Shown here: positions 43,190 to 52,404 of the stretch, piece after piece
How the letters are laid out: every line of letters begins with the position of its first letter
Numbering within the stretch: the first letter of the stretch is position 1
Assembly (NCBI GenBank): GCA_965661505.1
Contig: CBFIDX010000007.1
Location: 20 to 64,019, forward strand
From: Flavobacteriales bacterium
GTDB lineage: Bacteria; Bacteroidota; Bacteroidia; Flavobacteriales; UBA7312
Direction of reading: 5' to 3'
DNA: 64,000 nucleotides
Translations under genes and position numbers: made by a program
Notes under the pieces: model-generated
Seen by the model: the letters and a program-made list of their open reading frames with translations, nothing else
What the model was told of the DNA's origin: nothing
Databases searched by the model: none

Positions 43190-43190
43190 C

Positions 43191-43397
43191 TTATTCTTCT
43201 GTTGCTTCTGTTTCCATTTCCATCTCAGTTGCTGTTGAGTCTTCCGTTGCGATTGTTGAATCACTTACAGCAGCTGTTTCTTCTACAACTGTTTCCTCAA
43301 CGACTGTTTCTTCTGCAGTACTAGAGTTATTAGCGTTGCCACAAGCAACAACCAAACCCATAAATGCAACTGCAAATACATAAAATAACTTTTTCAT
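43191..43397 (-). CDS. Small acidic lipoprotein (paralogue of downstream gene)
   Basis: MKKLFYVF..VVAC-GNANNSST, EETVV repeats; TATCTTTG promoter at 43429-43436 (minus strand). Confidence 0.8.
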   Translation of the reverse strand: MKKLFYVFAVAFMGLVVACGNANNSSTAEETVVEETVVEETAAVSDSTIATEDSTATEMEMETEATEE

Positions 43398-43476
43398 TTT
43401 TGTTTGTTTTAGAATTCGAATTCGGGGACAAAGATACTTTTTTATTTTAGTAAATAAATAGTTTATTTTTGCTGTT

Positions 43477-43818
43477 ATGAGGTATATATTGTTAATTAGT
43501 ATGTTATTTGTGGCTTGTAGTCATTCAAAGACCAATGAAATTCCTTCTTATGTGGTGCCTCAGAAAAAAATGATAGACGTTTTAACAGATCTTCATTTAT
43601 TAAAAGCTAAAGTAGCTGTTTGGCGTATCCAACTACCAGTTAGTCAAAATCAAGAAGATTCACTTTTTCAACAGTTATATTCAGAACATGAGCTCACTCA
43701 ATCTTCCTTAGATAGTAGTATGTCCTACTACATACATCATGAACCATTGATACTTGAAGATATTTATGCTAAAGTTTTGGAAGGTTTACAACTACAAGAA
43801 GCCAATCTTGGAAATTAG
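43477..43818 (+). CDS. DUF4296-like lipoprotein
   Basis: Lipobox FVAC, KMIDVLTDLHL, SMSYY, IYAKV pattern. Confidence 0.7.
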   Translation: MRYILLISMLFVACSHSKTNEIPSYVVPQKKMIDVLTDLHLLKAKVAVWRIQLPVSQNQEDSLFQQLYSEHELTQSSLDSSMSYYIHHEPLILEDIYAKVLEGLQLQEANLGN

Positions 43819-44813
43819 TTTTCATTCAAAAACCACTCAGCATATTTTTTTATGCTTTTTCGGATAGGAGTGGGTGTAAAGCCTAAGTCACGAATTTTTT
43901 GATTGGAATATCGAGTAGTGATCATCGCACTCTTAGCTGTCTCTTTAGTTATTAACGGAGATTTTCTCGTGAAGACGCATTTTATAAGCTCCATTCTCCA
44001 GGCTATTTCCTTCAGAAAGGGATTGACTTTGATACTAGCTTTTGGCTTGGCTAGATCTTCAGCAATCCACTCAAAAATAGTCTTGTAACTGATGTTTTCA
44101 CCGTTTATGATAAAACGTTCATTTACAACTTTGTCTCCCATTAGTTGTACCAATGCGCTTGCAACATCTACCACATCAACATATCCGCTGCCTCCACTAG
44201 AATAATATCTGAGCCCTTCCCAAACTTTCTGGAACATTTTTGAACTTCCTTTTCGCCAATCTCCTGGCCCCATTATAATAGAGGGATTGATGATTACCGC
44301 ATTAAGTCCTTCTTGTATTCCTCTCCATACCTCTTGTTCAGATAAATATTTACTGATTGCATAATTTGAGTTGTGAGGATGTGATTTCCAATAGTTTTCT
44401 TCGGTCACCAAGTCATTATTTTCATAACGATTTAATGCAGCAATAGAGCTGACGTGTGCTAGCTTTTCAATCTTCTGGGACAGGGCTATATTGACCACAT
44501 TAGCTGTCCCTTGCACATTGGTTGCAAGCATTTTTTGAGCATATCTTGATTGAAAGGAAACCATTGCAGCCGCATGATATACTTGTAAGCAGCCCGTCAT
44601 TCCCTCTGCAACAGACGGAACATCAAGAAGGTCTCCATCTACCCATTCAAGTTTTGATAAAAGATCCTCTTTCTGGTAATACCTAAAGACTTTCTCAGTA
44701 ATGGCCAAGCTGCTCTTTTTGCGCTTTAAGGCTCTTATGGTTTGACCTTTTTCTGTTAACTGAAGCAACAAATGAGCCCCAAGCATTCCCGTACCCCCCG
44801 TAACAAAAATCAT
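43815..44813 (-). CDS. NAD-dependent epimerase/dehydratase
   Basis: VTGGTGMLG, HAAA, YAISK. Confidence 0.9.
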   Translation of the reverse strand: MIFVTGGTGMLGAHLLLQLTEKGQTIRALKRKKSSLAITEKVFRYYQKEDLLSKLEWVDGDLLDVPSVAEGMTGCLQVYHAAAMVSFQSRYAQKMLATNVQGTANVVNIALSQKIEKLAHVSSIAALNRYENNDLVTEENYWKSHPHNSNYAISKYLSEQEVWRGIQEGLNAVIINPSIIMGPGDWRKGSSKMFQKVWEGLRYYSSGGSGYVDVVDVASALVQLMGDKVVNERFIINGENISYKTIFEWIAEDLAKPKASIKVNPFLKEIAWRMELIKCVFTRKSPLITKETAKSAMITTRYSNQKIRDLGFTPTPIRKSIKKYAEWFLNEN

Positions 44814-44883
44814 AAAACAAAGGTACCTAAAAAATGTGCCTTAAAAAACGACATTACTTATATTTGCCACAAAGCATACATCT

Positions 44884-46152
44884 ATGAATTTTGTAGAAGA
44901 ATTAAAATGGAGAGGCATGATACACGATATCATGCCTGGAACAGAAGAGCAATTTGCGAAGGAGATGACCACAGCTTATATTGGCTTTGACCCTACTGCA
45001 GACTCCCTTCATATCGGTTCTTTAGTGCAAATCATGATTTTGGTTCATTTACAAAAAGCGGGACATAAGCCTCTTGCTTTGGTAGGTGGTGCCACCGGAA
45101 TGGTTGGTGATCCCTCGGGCAAATCAAAAGAAAGAAACCTTTTAGACGAAGAGACTTTGACTCACAACTTAAAGTGTATGCAAAGGCAGTTGGAACAGTT
45201 TTTGGATTTTAATTGTGGAGACAATGCTGCTGAGGTGGTGAATAATTTCGATTGGTTCAAAAACTTTTCTTTTTTAGATTTTATCCGTGATGTAGGCAAG
45301 CATATTTCTGTTAATTACATGATGGCTAAAGACTCTGTAAAAAGCCGATTAGAAACAGGTATGAGCTTCACAGAATTCTCCTACCAATTGGTACAGGGTT
45401 ACGATTTTTATTGGCTATGGAAAAACAAAAACTGCCGGGTACAATTAGGAGGTTCCGACCAATGGGGAAACATTGTGACGGGAACAGAACTAATTCGTAG
45501 AAAGGGAGGAGGACAGGCTTTTGCAGTAACTACTCCATTAATTAAAAAGGCAGACGGAGGCAAGTTTGGCAAAACGGAAGAGGGAAATGTGTGGCTCGAT
45601 AAGACCAAAACTTCTCCCTATAAGTTTTACCAATTTTGGTTGAACTCATCTGATGAGGACGCGAAAAACTTCATCAAGATATTTACTTTGAAATCGCAGG
45701 AAAAAATCAATGCAATTATTGTTGAACATGAACAAGCACCACATTTAAGAGTTTTGCAAAAAGCATTAGCTGATGAGGTGACGACCCGTGTACACTCGGC
45801 AGAAGATTTAGACATGGCGATTAAAGCATCTAACATATTATTCGGGAAATCTACTGCTGATGATTTAAAATCTTTAGATGAAGATACTTTTCTATCTGTT
45901 TTTGATGGCGTTCCTCAGTTTGAAGTTTCTGCTGCCGATTTAGATAGTGGAATCGTAGATTTCTTAGTAGAGAAAACGCAGGTTTTTGCTTCTAAAGGCG
46001 AAGCGCGCAGAATGCTAAAAAGCAATGCGGTAAGCGTTAACAAAGAAAAAGTAAGTGAAGAAAAACAAATCAGCAATGCTGACTTGATATCCAATAAATA
46101 CATCTTAGCCCAAAAAGGGAAAAAGAATTACTTCTTAATTATTGTAAAGTAG
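44884..46152 (+). CDS. tyrS: Tyrosine--tRNA ligase
   Basis: [29 protein letters not shown]4 domain, GKKNY; TATATTTG promoter at 44859-44866. Confidence 0.97.
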   Translation: MNFVEELKWRGMIHDIMPGTEEQFAKEMTTAYIGFDPTADSLHIGSLVQIMILVHLQKAGHKPLALVGGATGMVGDPSGKSKERNLLDEETLTHNLKCMQRQLEQFLDFNCGDNAAEVVNNFDWFKNFSFLDFIRDVGKHISVNYMMAKDSVKSRLETGMSFTEFSYQLVQGYDFYWLWKNKNCRVQLGGSDQWGNIVTGTELIRRKGGGQAFAVTTPLIKKADGGKFGKTEEGNVWLDKTKTSPYKFYQFWLNSSDEDAKNFIKIFTLKSQEKINAIIVEHEQAPHLRVLQKALADEVTTRVHSAEDLDMAIKASNILFGKSTADDLKSLDEDTFLSVFDGVPQFEVSAADLDSGIVDFLVEKTQVFASKGEARRMLKSNAVSVNKEKVSEEKQISNADLISNKYILAQKGKKNYFLIIVK

Positions 46153-46156
46153 TTCG

Positions 46157-46579
46157 CTATGCCGGACAAGGCAAAGAAGAGTGGTGTAAATTGATTTTCA
46201 ATTCACCATCTACTAAAGCGTATCCAAAAGAGTATTCTACCATTGTTTCTTCTCCATTATTGGTGAAGAAATAGTGCCCCATTGCCATGGCTTGATTGCC
46301 GTTGATGATGATATCGCCTGTATTCACAAAACGAACAGCCGACCATGGTTTTAAAGCAAAGCCGTGATCCTCATCGCAACAACCACCAACAAAATAAGAG
46401 ACCGCATCCTCTTCTTCAATTCTAAATGGTTTTACTCTTGCTAAAGTTGGTTTAAATAAAGCATGTGCTACATACATTTTTTGTACAAACTCACGAGCAT
46501 CTTGCTCACCTTTGCCAATGGCTATAATGCCATTTCCCCATGCCTCTTGTGCGGCTAAAACTTGTTCTTTTGTAATCAT
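46157..46579 (-). CDS. COG4337-like protein, putative metal-independent (iota-type) carbonic anhydrase
   Basis: ITKEQVLAAQEAWG, FKPTLA, SYFVGG, EDHGFAL.PW, VEYSFGY, C-terminal LHHSSLP. Confidence 0.7.
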   Translation of the reverse strand: MITKEQVLAAQEAWGNGIIAIGKGEQDAREFVQKMYVAHALFKPTLARVKPFRIEEEDAVSYFVGGCCDEDHGFALKPWSAVRFVNTGDIIINGNQAMAMGHYFFTNNGEETMVEYSFGYALVDGELKINLHHSSLPCPA

Positions 46580-46596
46580 GAGCGCAAGATATTAAA

Positions 46597-47097
46597 TCAA
46601 AATAACTTCTCGAAGCAGTAGTAAATTTCTTTGTTTGCTTTTAAATTAATATGCCCTAACTGAGTGTACCCTCGTTTTTTGTAAAAGGCTATAGCCTTTG
46701 GGTTGTGGCTATATGTGTCTAATCGGAAAGAGGAGCAGCCTTTTTCTTTGGCTAGATTCTCAGCAAAGTCCATCATTTGTTTTCCGACACCTTTATTCCA
46801 CACTTTGGTCTTAGAGCCCAGACGATGCACTACCATAAAGTTATTGCTTTTATCTGCCCAGTTTATGCTGAGGTAACTAGGGTCTTGGATGTTATCCACT
46901 CGCATACCGGCAACAATCTCATTATCTAAAATACCAATATAATAGCAGGCGTCTTTTAAATCTTGCTCAATTATTTTTCGACTAGGATAGTTTTCGTCCC
47001 ATTGGTCAATGCCTAATGCAAGCATGCCTTTTACGCAGGAAGCATACATTTCCATAATAACGTCTAAATCTTGCGTTTCTGCTTGCTTTATGATCAT
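46597..47097 (-). CDS. GNAT-family N-acetyltransferase
   Basis: VHRL..NKGVG, RLDT..N..AIAFYKKRGY. Confidence 0.88.
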   Translation of the reverse strand: MIIKQAETQDLDVIMEMYASCVKGMLALGIDQWDENYPSRKIIEQDLKDACYYIGILDNEIVAGMRVDNIQDPSYLSINWADKSNNFMVVHRLGSKTKVWNKGVGKQMMDFAENLAKEKGCSSFRLDTYSHNPKAIAFYKKRGYTQLGHINLKANKEIYYCFEKLF

Positions 47098-48047
47098 TGA
47101 ACTAATAAGTTACAGCCTCTAATATCAGCTTGTTTAAAACGCCCCAATACTTCAAAAGTATTGTTCTCATAAACGCGACCTAAATCTTGCGTAGCAATGA
47201 AGGCGCAAGAATGTACATTTGCTAAATCTACGATGTTGAGTCCTCCTGTTTTTCCATGCCTTACCAAGCTAAACGGATCTTCCACATCTCTCGTTAAAAC
47301 ACGCATCCAATGTGGTGTGCTGAATCGGCCATTTCCTTTGGAGTAAGCTTGTGACAAGAGCTCGGTCATGCCGTATTCGGAATGAATTACATCAACACCA
47401 TAAGCATTGCAAAGTGTCTGATGAAGTTCTTCTTTCATCATTTCTTTTCGTTTTCCTTTCATGCCTCCGGTTTCCATGATCATGGTGTTTCTTAAGCTAA
47501 AAGGACCAATGTCGGCTAGGTCTAATAAAGCATAAGAAACACCTAATAATATGGTTGGACTGTCTTCTTTTAAAACATCAGCTAATTCGTTTATGTTATG
47601 TAGGTAAAAGCCACTTTGTGGATGGTTGCTTTTTTGAATTAAGTCTTCGCACATATAAATGAGTGAGGAACCTTCCCGCTCTAAATAAGAAGGGAGTAAG
47701 GCGAGTATTCGATAATGTTCGATATTGCCATAAAACTGCTCGAAAGCAAGGCGAAAACTATGTTCATAAAGTGATAAGTCAGCTACTAAATGCTGACTGC
47801 GCTCCATTCCTGTTGTGCCGCTACTACTAAAAGTAATAGCTGCTGTTTTACCTTCAGCTATAATCGAGTGCGTTTTGAAAAACTGAATCGGCAAAAAAGG
47901 AATTTCCTCTATGCTTGAGATGCTTTCAATATCGGTGTTTAAGAGCGCTAAATACTGTTTGTAAGGGAGGCAGCTTTTGGCTTGCTCTTTAAACAAGCGA
48001 AGCGCTCTCTCTTCAAAAGAAATGGTATTGTCAAAAACCCAATGCAT
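47094..48047 (-). CDS. LuxE-like acyl-protein synthetase / acyltransferase
   Basis: FLPIQFFK, FSSSGTTG, METGGMKG, HSEYGMTELLSQAY, FIATQDLG, IRGCN. Confidence 0.85.
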   Translation of the reverse strand: MHWVFDNTISFEERALRLFKEQAKSCLPYKQYLALLNTDIESISSIEEIPFLPIQFFKTHSIIAEGKTAAITFSSSGTTGMERSQHLVADLSLYEHSFRLAFEQFYGNIEHYRILALLPSYLEREGSSLIYMCEDLIQKSNHPQSGFYLHNINELADVLKEDSPTILLGVSYALLDLADIGPFSLRNTMIMETGGMKGKRKEMMKEELHQTLCNAYGVDVIHSEYGMTELLSQAYSKGNGRFSTPHWMRVLTRDVEDPFSLVRHGKTGGLNIVDLANVHSCAFIATQDLGRVYENNTFEVLGRFKQADIRGCNLLVQ

Positions 48048-48060
48048 ACTCCAAAAATAG

Positions 48061-48084
48061 AAAAAGCCCCATTTATTTGGGGCT
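48061..48084 (-). terminator. Terminator after the PiT-like gene
   Basis: AGCCCCA-TTTATT-TGGGGCT hairpin preceded by A-run (U-tail on minus strand). Confidence 0.65.
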
Positions 48085-48110
48085 AAATGAGGGTATATAT
48101 TATGACTAAA

Positions 48111-49256
48111 TTACAAGCCTAACTTTCCAAAAAACTTTATTATTCCTTTTATAAATTCGGTCGGCACATCGTTTATCATTGATGAAAAAGTTAATTGTTC
48201 ATTGACACCTACTGCGATTGCAATTGAAATTAAAAGGCCAATTAAGGCAAAAGAGAAGTCTTTTATGGCTAATTTAAAAGCAACTTTGACAGAATTATCA
48301 CCTGCTTTCCTCAATGACATTGCTAATTCTCGCCCTCCCAATAAGCCAATAAATACCCAAGTAGTACTCATAGGAACTTGCGAATAAAGTTTAAAATAGA
48401 AAAGGATAATACAATAAATAAAATCAATTACGGTCGCAAAGCGAACATCCGTTACAACTGATTTTTCGGTTACAATCTTTTGTATTCTACCTCCTTTGTA
48501 ATAAAGCAGTAATCCGAGTCCAATAAAAATAACTAATGCAAAACCTAAAAACTCTTCTAGTGCCATGCTTCTAGGAAGGTAAACAGCAATGTTAGCGGCA
48601 TCCTGCATCAGCCAAACAGACCACAAGGTACCTGAAGTTAACCATTGAGCTATGGTCCATCCAAAAGAAGCTTTATTTTTGAACTTTTTTCTCATCCATT
48701 TAGATACCATTATAAAGATGAAGAAACCGAGAATAAATGCCAATAAATACCCACTCATACTTTTAGCAAGCACTTTCCCTACAGCAGCTGGTGCAGATGC
48801 AAACGATGTGAGTAAGATAAATGTTGTAGAAACCGGCATCCGGAGTCTCGTCAGTATCAGTAGAAATATGGGGGCAGCGATTTGAAGAAAATGAAACTCA
48901 GTTGGAGATTTTTCAAAGCCTTTTGCCATTAGCCGACCGTGACTTACATCACCAGAAAAATTGAGCCAAGAATAAGTTACTGTTGCAAGAAAAATTCCTC
49001 CAATAAATATCCAAAGCACCCACCATTTTTTATTTTGATTTGAGGCAATGAAAGTCCCTAATGTTTGTATACTATCATTGGCAACAGCTGCATAAGCTGC
49101 AAAAATAAAGCCAACCCACATCCCTAACTGAGGATATGGAGTCGCAAACATGGCTATGATAAACGCAATTACGACAAAAGATAAGAATGTCCTTTCGTCT
49201 TTGTGAACCCATAGACTTGTAGGATATCCAAATTTACGAGTAAACTTCTTGAACAT
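48111..49256 (-). CDS. Divergent PiT/PHO4-like membrane transporter (putative phosphate permease)
   Basis: About 10 hydrophobic helices; duplicated motifs VANDSIQ/MPVSTT and QDAAN/VPMSTT resembling PiT GAND and PVSTT signatures; Pho context. Confidence 0.65.
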   Translation of the reverse strand: MFKKFTRKFGYPTSLWVHKDERTFLSFVVIAFIIAMFATPYPQLGMWVGFIFAAYAAVANDSIQTLGTFIASNQNKKWWVLWIFIGGIFLATVTYSWLNFSGDVSHGRLMAKGFEKSPTEFHFLQIAAPIFLLILTRLRMPVSTTFILLTSFASAPAAVGKVLAKSMSGYLLAFILGFFIFIMVSKWMRKKFKNKASFGWTIAQWLTSGTLWSVWLMQDAANIAVYLPRSMALEEFLGFALVIFIGLGLLLYYKGGRIQKIVTEKSVVTDVRFATVIDFIYCIILFYFKLYSQVPMSTTWVFIGLLGGRELAMSLRKAGDNSVKVAFKLAIKDFSFALIGLLISIAIAVGVNEQLTFSSMINDVPTEFIKGIIKFFGKLGL

Positions 49257-49264
49257 GAATAAAC

Positions 49265-49348
49265 TTATCCGAGATAAATAGCTAGGGCATAAACAGCAAT
49301 CATAATTGCTGAGTATAAAATTTTACTGATATCAAATTTTGTCTCCAA
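49265..49348 (-). CDS. Unannotated 27-aa membrane peptide (METKFDISKILYSAIMIAVYALAIYLG)
   Basis: TTG at 49348-49346 to TAA at 49267-49265, read by hand; lies between TATATTTG promoter and the PiT-like start; one TM helix. Confidence 0.5.
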   Translation of the reverse strand: METKFDISKILYSAIMIAVYALAIYLG

Positions 49349-49365
49349 AACGAAAATGTTTTATG

Positions 49366-49373
49366 CAAATATA
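49366..49373 (-). promoter_or_regulatory. -7 promoter element (TATATTTG) for sORF and PiT-like gene
   Basis: Plus strand CAAATATA. Confidence 0.65.
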
Positions 49374-49404
49374 CTAGTACACTGATTTTAAATCTCCGTT
49401 TTCA

Positions 49405-49422
49405 ATGTTAAGAAAACGTTAA
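49405..49422 (-). promoter_or_regulatory. Candidate Pho box TTAACGT-N4-TTAACAT
   Basis: 11-bp-period direct repeat 31 nt upstream of the -7 element. Confidence 0.55.
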
Positions 49423-49465
49423 ATCCAAAATACGAAAGTCATTTGTATAAGATTTCAAATAGTTT

Positions 49466-52318
49466 CTATTTAAAATTATGAGTCCATTTGAAAGAGAAGA
49501 ATCTTCCAGGTTTATAAGAACGATAAATTAAAGGATCGACACCGTAAGACTGGGTTAATAGTTCTTTGTCTTGATCCAATATATTCTTCACATTGAATGT
49601 AAATTTTGTTTCATCGCTGTAATTATACGTAAAGTTAATGTTTACACTATGAAACGGTGAAGTGTATATGTCAGGAATTTTATTCATACTTACAACTGTT
49701 AAAGTTGGACCCTGAACATTATAAAAAATACCAGCCTCCATGTCTAGATCTTCATATTTATAGCTTAATCCCGTATTTACAAGAAATGGAGCCTGACCTT
49801 GCATTTCTCTTACAATGGTAGCGTTTTCCGCATTCTCCAGCCATCTTGTTTCTAAGATTTCTCCTTCTCGTAAATTTGTTTGCCTAGCAATTAATTCTTC
49901 ATCAATAATTTCGACTTCAGATTTAATAACGGATGTGTTCAAGTTTAAAAATAAGTTTTCCGAAAGAAATGAAAGATTAGATCTGGCTTCAAGTTCCAAC
50001 CCAAAAATGCGGGCATCTCCTGTATTTCTTGGTTGTATATTGTCAGGATCTGATGAAAAAGCCGTCATTTCAATGGGGTTATACAAGGCTTTGTAAAAGC
50101 TGCTTAACGAAAATGTTTGATTTCCGCTTCCGAAATACTCATAACGCATGTCATAATTATAAATATTTGATGCAATAAGGTCTAGATTTCCGATGAAAGT
50201 AATGCCTGATAAAACATCAAGTATTTGGGCATTCGATTTTTCTTTAAAAGAAGGGCGTGCTGTAGTTCTAAAAAAAGTACCTCTTAAGTTCGATGATTTA
50301 TTTAGCGTATATATCAAGCCTAAAGAGGGGAAAATGTCAATATTTGATAACACATTTTCGTTATCATATTTGACACCAGATTGATTTTCGCCAGTATACA
50401 ATTGATCGTATTTTTCTATTCTAATACCTGCAATTGACTTTAATTGATCATTTAACTGAAATTCTTCAGAAAAATAGGCGCCTATATTTGATTGAATTCC
50501 AGTATACGCATTTGATGGTTGGTATTCTCCTTTGATGTAAAAACCAGACTCTGTATTAATATCGTACAATTGACTGCTTAGTAATTCATTCGGATCTCCT
50601 GTAAGGTTTGATGCTGCAGTAACATTTTGAGGATTTATCAAATAACGTAAAATTTCATAATCTCGATATTTAAATGTGTAGTTTAAACCATATTTCATTT
50701 TAGCATCAAAATTAAACAAGGTATGTTCTTTAATAAGTTCAATTTTAGATGCGATATTATATTCATTAAGATTTCTCCACATCCTTGAAGGTGTACCGGC
50801 ATTTGAAACATCAATTGTAAATTCATTGTCGTTTACTTCATATGCGGATTCACGAATATCCTTATCTCTTATCATTGAGTAGGTAGGTGAAATTTTCCAT
50901 ATTAATTCAATTTCACCATTTTTATAATTATGATTACCTTCAAGGAGTAAATTTGATATTGATCGTTGAGTATATTCTAAGTTTTCTTTTTTTATGGTAT
51001 TAAAATTACTTTCATAATTATTTTCTATGAAGAATCCAGCTTTTGATTCTCCATTTTGAAGGTGTAAAAGGTTAAGTTTGATTTTTGATTTACTAGTCTT
51101 TAGTGCCGCACCTGCCATTGCGCTTATCAGCACTTCGTTTTTTCCAATTTCACCTGTTTGTTCTTTGTTTGTTACCAAATTTATCTGGGTGATATCATCG
51201 TTTTTTTCAAATTCATTTTGTTGAACGTTTTCATAAAAGCTTGTGGTATTTTTGTAGGATAAGGCCCCACTGTAGCCCAGCTTATTGTCTCCAATGCTTT
51301 TTTGATTGCCCCCGGATATTCCAAAGCTGCCGTCAATAAATCTGTTTTTTCTTACTGTTGCTAATTCTGAGTTGAATCTTTTTGTTGCATCCATGACAAG
51401 CTCTTCATCACTTAAACGGATATCAACAATATTATCTAAAAGCGTTGGTTCTATCGGTAAATCTCTATTCCCATCATCGAAAGCTAAAAAATCAGTACTG
51501 CTCCCGTTGTAGGATAGAAAATTGTCATTTGGATTGTTAAAGTTATAATGGATTTCTGTGTTATAACTTAAACCTGCAGAGACTTTAAGTTGAGGTGTCT
51601 CAGGAAATGATTTAGTACTTATGTCTACCACGCCACCAGTAAAATCTCCTGGAAGATCTGCTGTAAATGTTTTCTTGACAATTATATTGTCAATTATGTT
51701 CGTTGGAAAAATATCGAGTTGAAGAGAGTTGCGATCTGGGTCTAGTCCTGGAATGTCTAGTCCATTAAACATTGTTTTGGTGTATCTATCGCCGAGTCCT
51801 CTTACATAAACATATTTACCTCCTTCTACTGAAACTCCGGGGACTCTGGTTACGGCAACAGCGGCATCTCCATCGCCCATTTTTTTAAAACTTTGAGCTG
51901 AAATCCCATCAATTACATTAACAGATTTTTTCTTAAATGTAAGGATTGCAGTTTCAGAATTTTTAACAGCTTCAGCTGTTATTGTTACCGTTTCTACATT
52001 TACTGCTGATGATTTTAAGCGAATGTTTCCAAGAGATGTAACTTTATTAGCTTCTACGTTTACATCCGTTACACGGGCTGTATTATAGCCAATGAATGAG
52101 GCAATTATAGTATAGTTTCCAGCTTCAACAGAAAGTTCAAAGTTTCCGTCAAAGTCTGCTGACGCACCGATCGTTGTTCCTTCAATACCCGCATTTGCAG
52201 CAAACATCGGTTCGGCATTTTCATCATCAATAATGCAACCCCTAATAATACCGCTTTGAGCGATAGTAAGATTTGAAATGAATAAACAAACACAAAAAAT
52301 AAAAATTCTTAAAGTCAT
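49466..52318 (-). CDS. TonB-dependent receptor
   Basis: RVPGVSVEGGKYVYVRGLGDRY, LQLDIFP, KTFTADLPGDFTGG plug, TARPSFKE, KNILD; start at MTLRIF downstream of a hairpin. Confidence 0.92.
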   Translation of the reverse strand: MTLRIFIFCVCLFISNLTIAQSGIIRGCIIDDENAEPMFAANAGIEGTTIGASADFDGNFELSVEAGNYTIIASFIGYNTARVTDVNVEANKVTSLGNIRLKSSAVNVETVTITAEAVKNSETAILTFKKKSVNVIDGISAQSFKKMGDGDAAVAVTRVPGVSVEGGKYVYVRGLGDRYTKTMFNGLDIPGLDPDRNSLQLDIFPTNIIDNIIVKKTFTADLPGDFTGGVVDISTKSFPETPQLKVSAGLSYNTEIHYNFNNPNDNFLSYNGSSTDFLAFDDGNRDLPIEPTLLDNIVDIRLSDEELVMDATKRFNSELATVRKNRFIDGSFGISGGNQKSIGDNKLGYSGALSYKNTTSFYENVQQNEFEKNDDITQINLVTNKEQTGEIGKNEVLISAMAGAALKTSKSKIKLNLLHLQNGESKAGFFIENNYESNFNTIKKENLEYTQRSISNLLLEGNHNYKNGEIELIWKISPTYSMIRDKDIRESAYEVNDNEFTIDVSNAGTPSRMWRNLNEYNIASKIELIKEHTLFNFDAKMKYGLNYTFKYRDYEILRYLINPQNVTAASNLTGDPNELLSSQLYDINTESGFYIKGEYQPSNAYTGIQSNIGAYFSEEFQLNDQLKSIAGIRIEKYDQLYTGENQSGVKYDNENVLSNIDIFPSLGLIYTLNKSSNLRGTFFRTTARPSFKEKSNAQILDVLSGITFIGNLDLIASNIYNYDMRYEYFGSGNQTFSLSSFYKALYNPIEMTAFSSDPDNIQPRNTGDARIFGLELEARSNLSFLSENLFLNLNTSVIKSEVEIIDEELIARQTNLREGEILETRWLENAENATIVREMQGQAPFLVNTGLSYKYEDLDMEAGIFYNVQGPTLTVVSMNKIPDIYTSPFHSVNINFTYNYSDETKFTFNVKNILDQDKELLTQSYGVDPLIYRSYKPGRFFSFKWTHNFK

Positions 52319-52332
52319 CTTAATTTCAATTA

Positions 52333-52371
52333 AAAAACTCATCAAAACTATAGAAGTTTTGATGAGTTTTT
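52333..52371 (-). terminator. Intra-operon hairpin/terminator between lipoprotein and TonB receptor
   Basis: Perfect 17-bp inverted repeat AAAAACTCATCAAAACT-ATAGA-AGTTTTGATGAGTTTTT. Confidence 0.8.
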
Positions 52372-52404
52372 AAAATTTGTTATGAATATATATTAACAGT
52401 ACCT

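Noticed and set aside
47094-48047. Bioluminescence (lux) locus
   Set aside because: Only a LuxE-like gene is present; luxAB, luxC and luxD are absent from the window.
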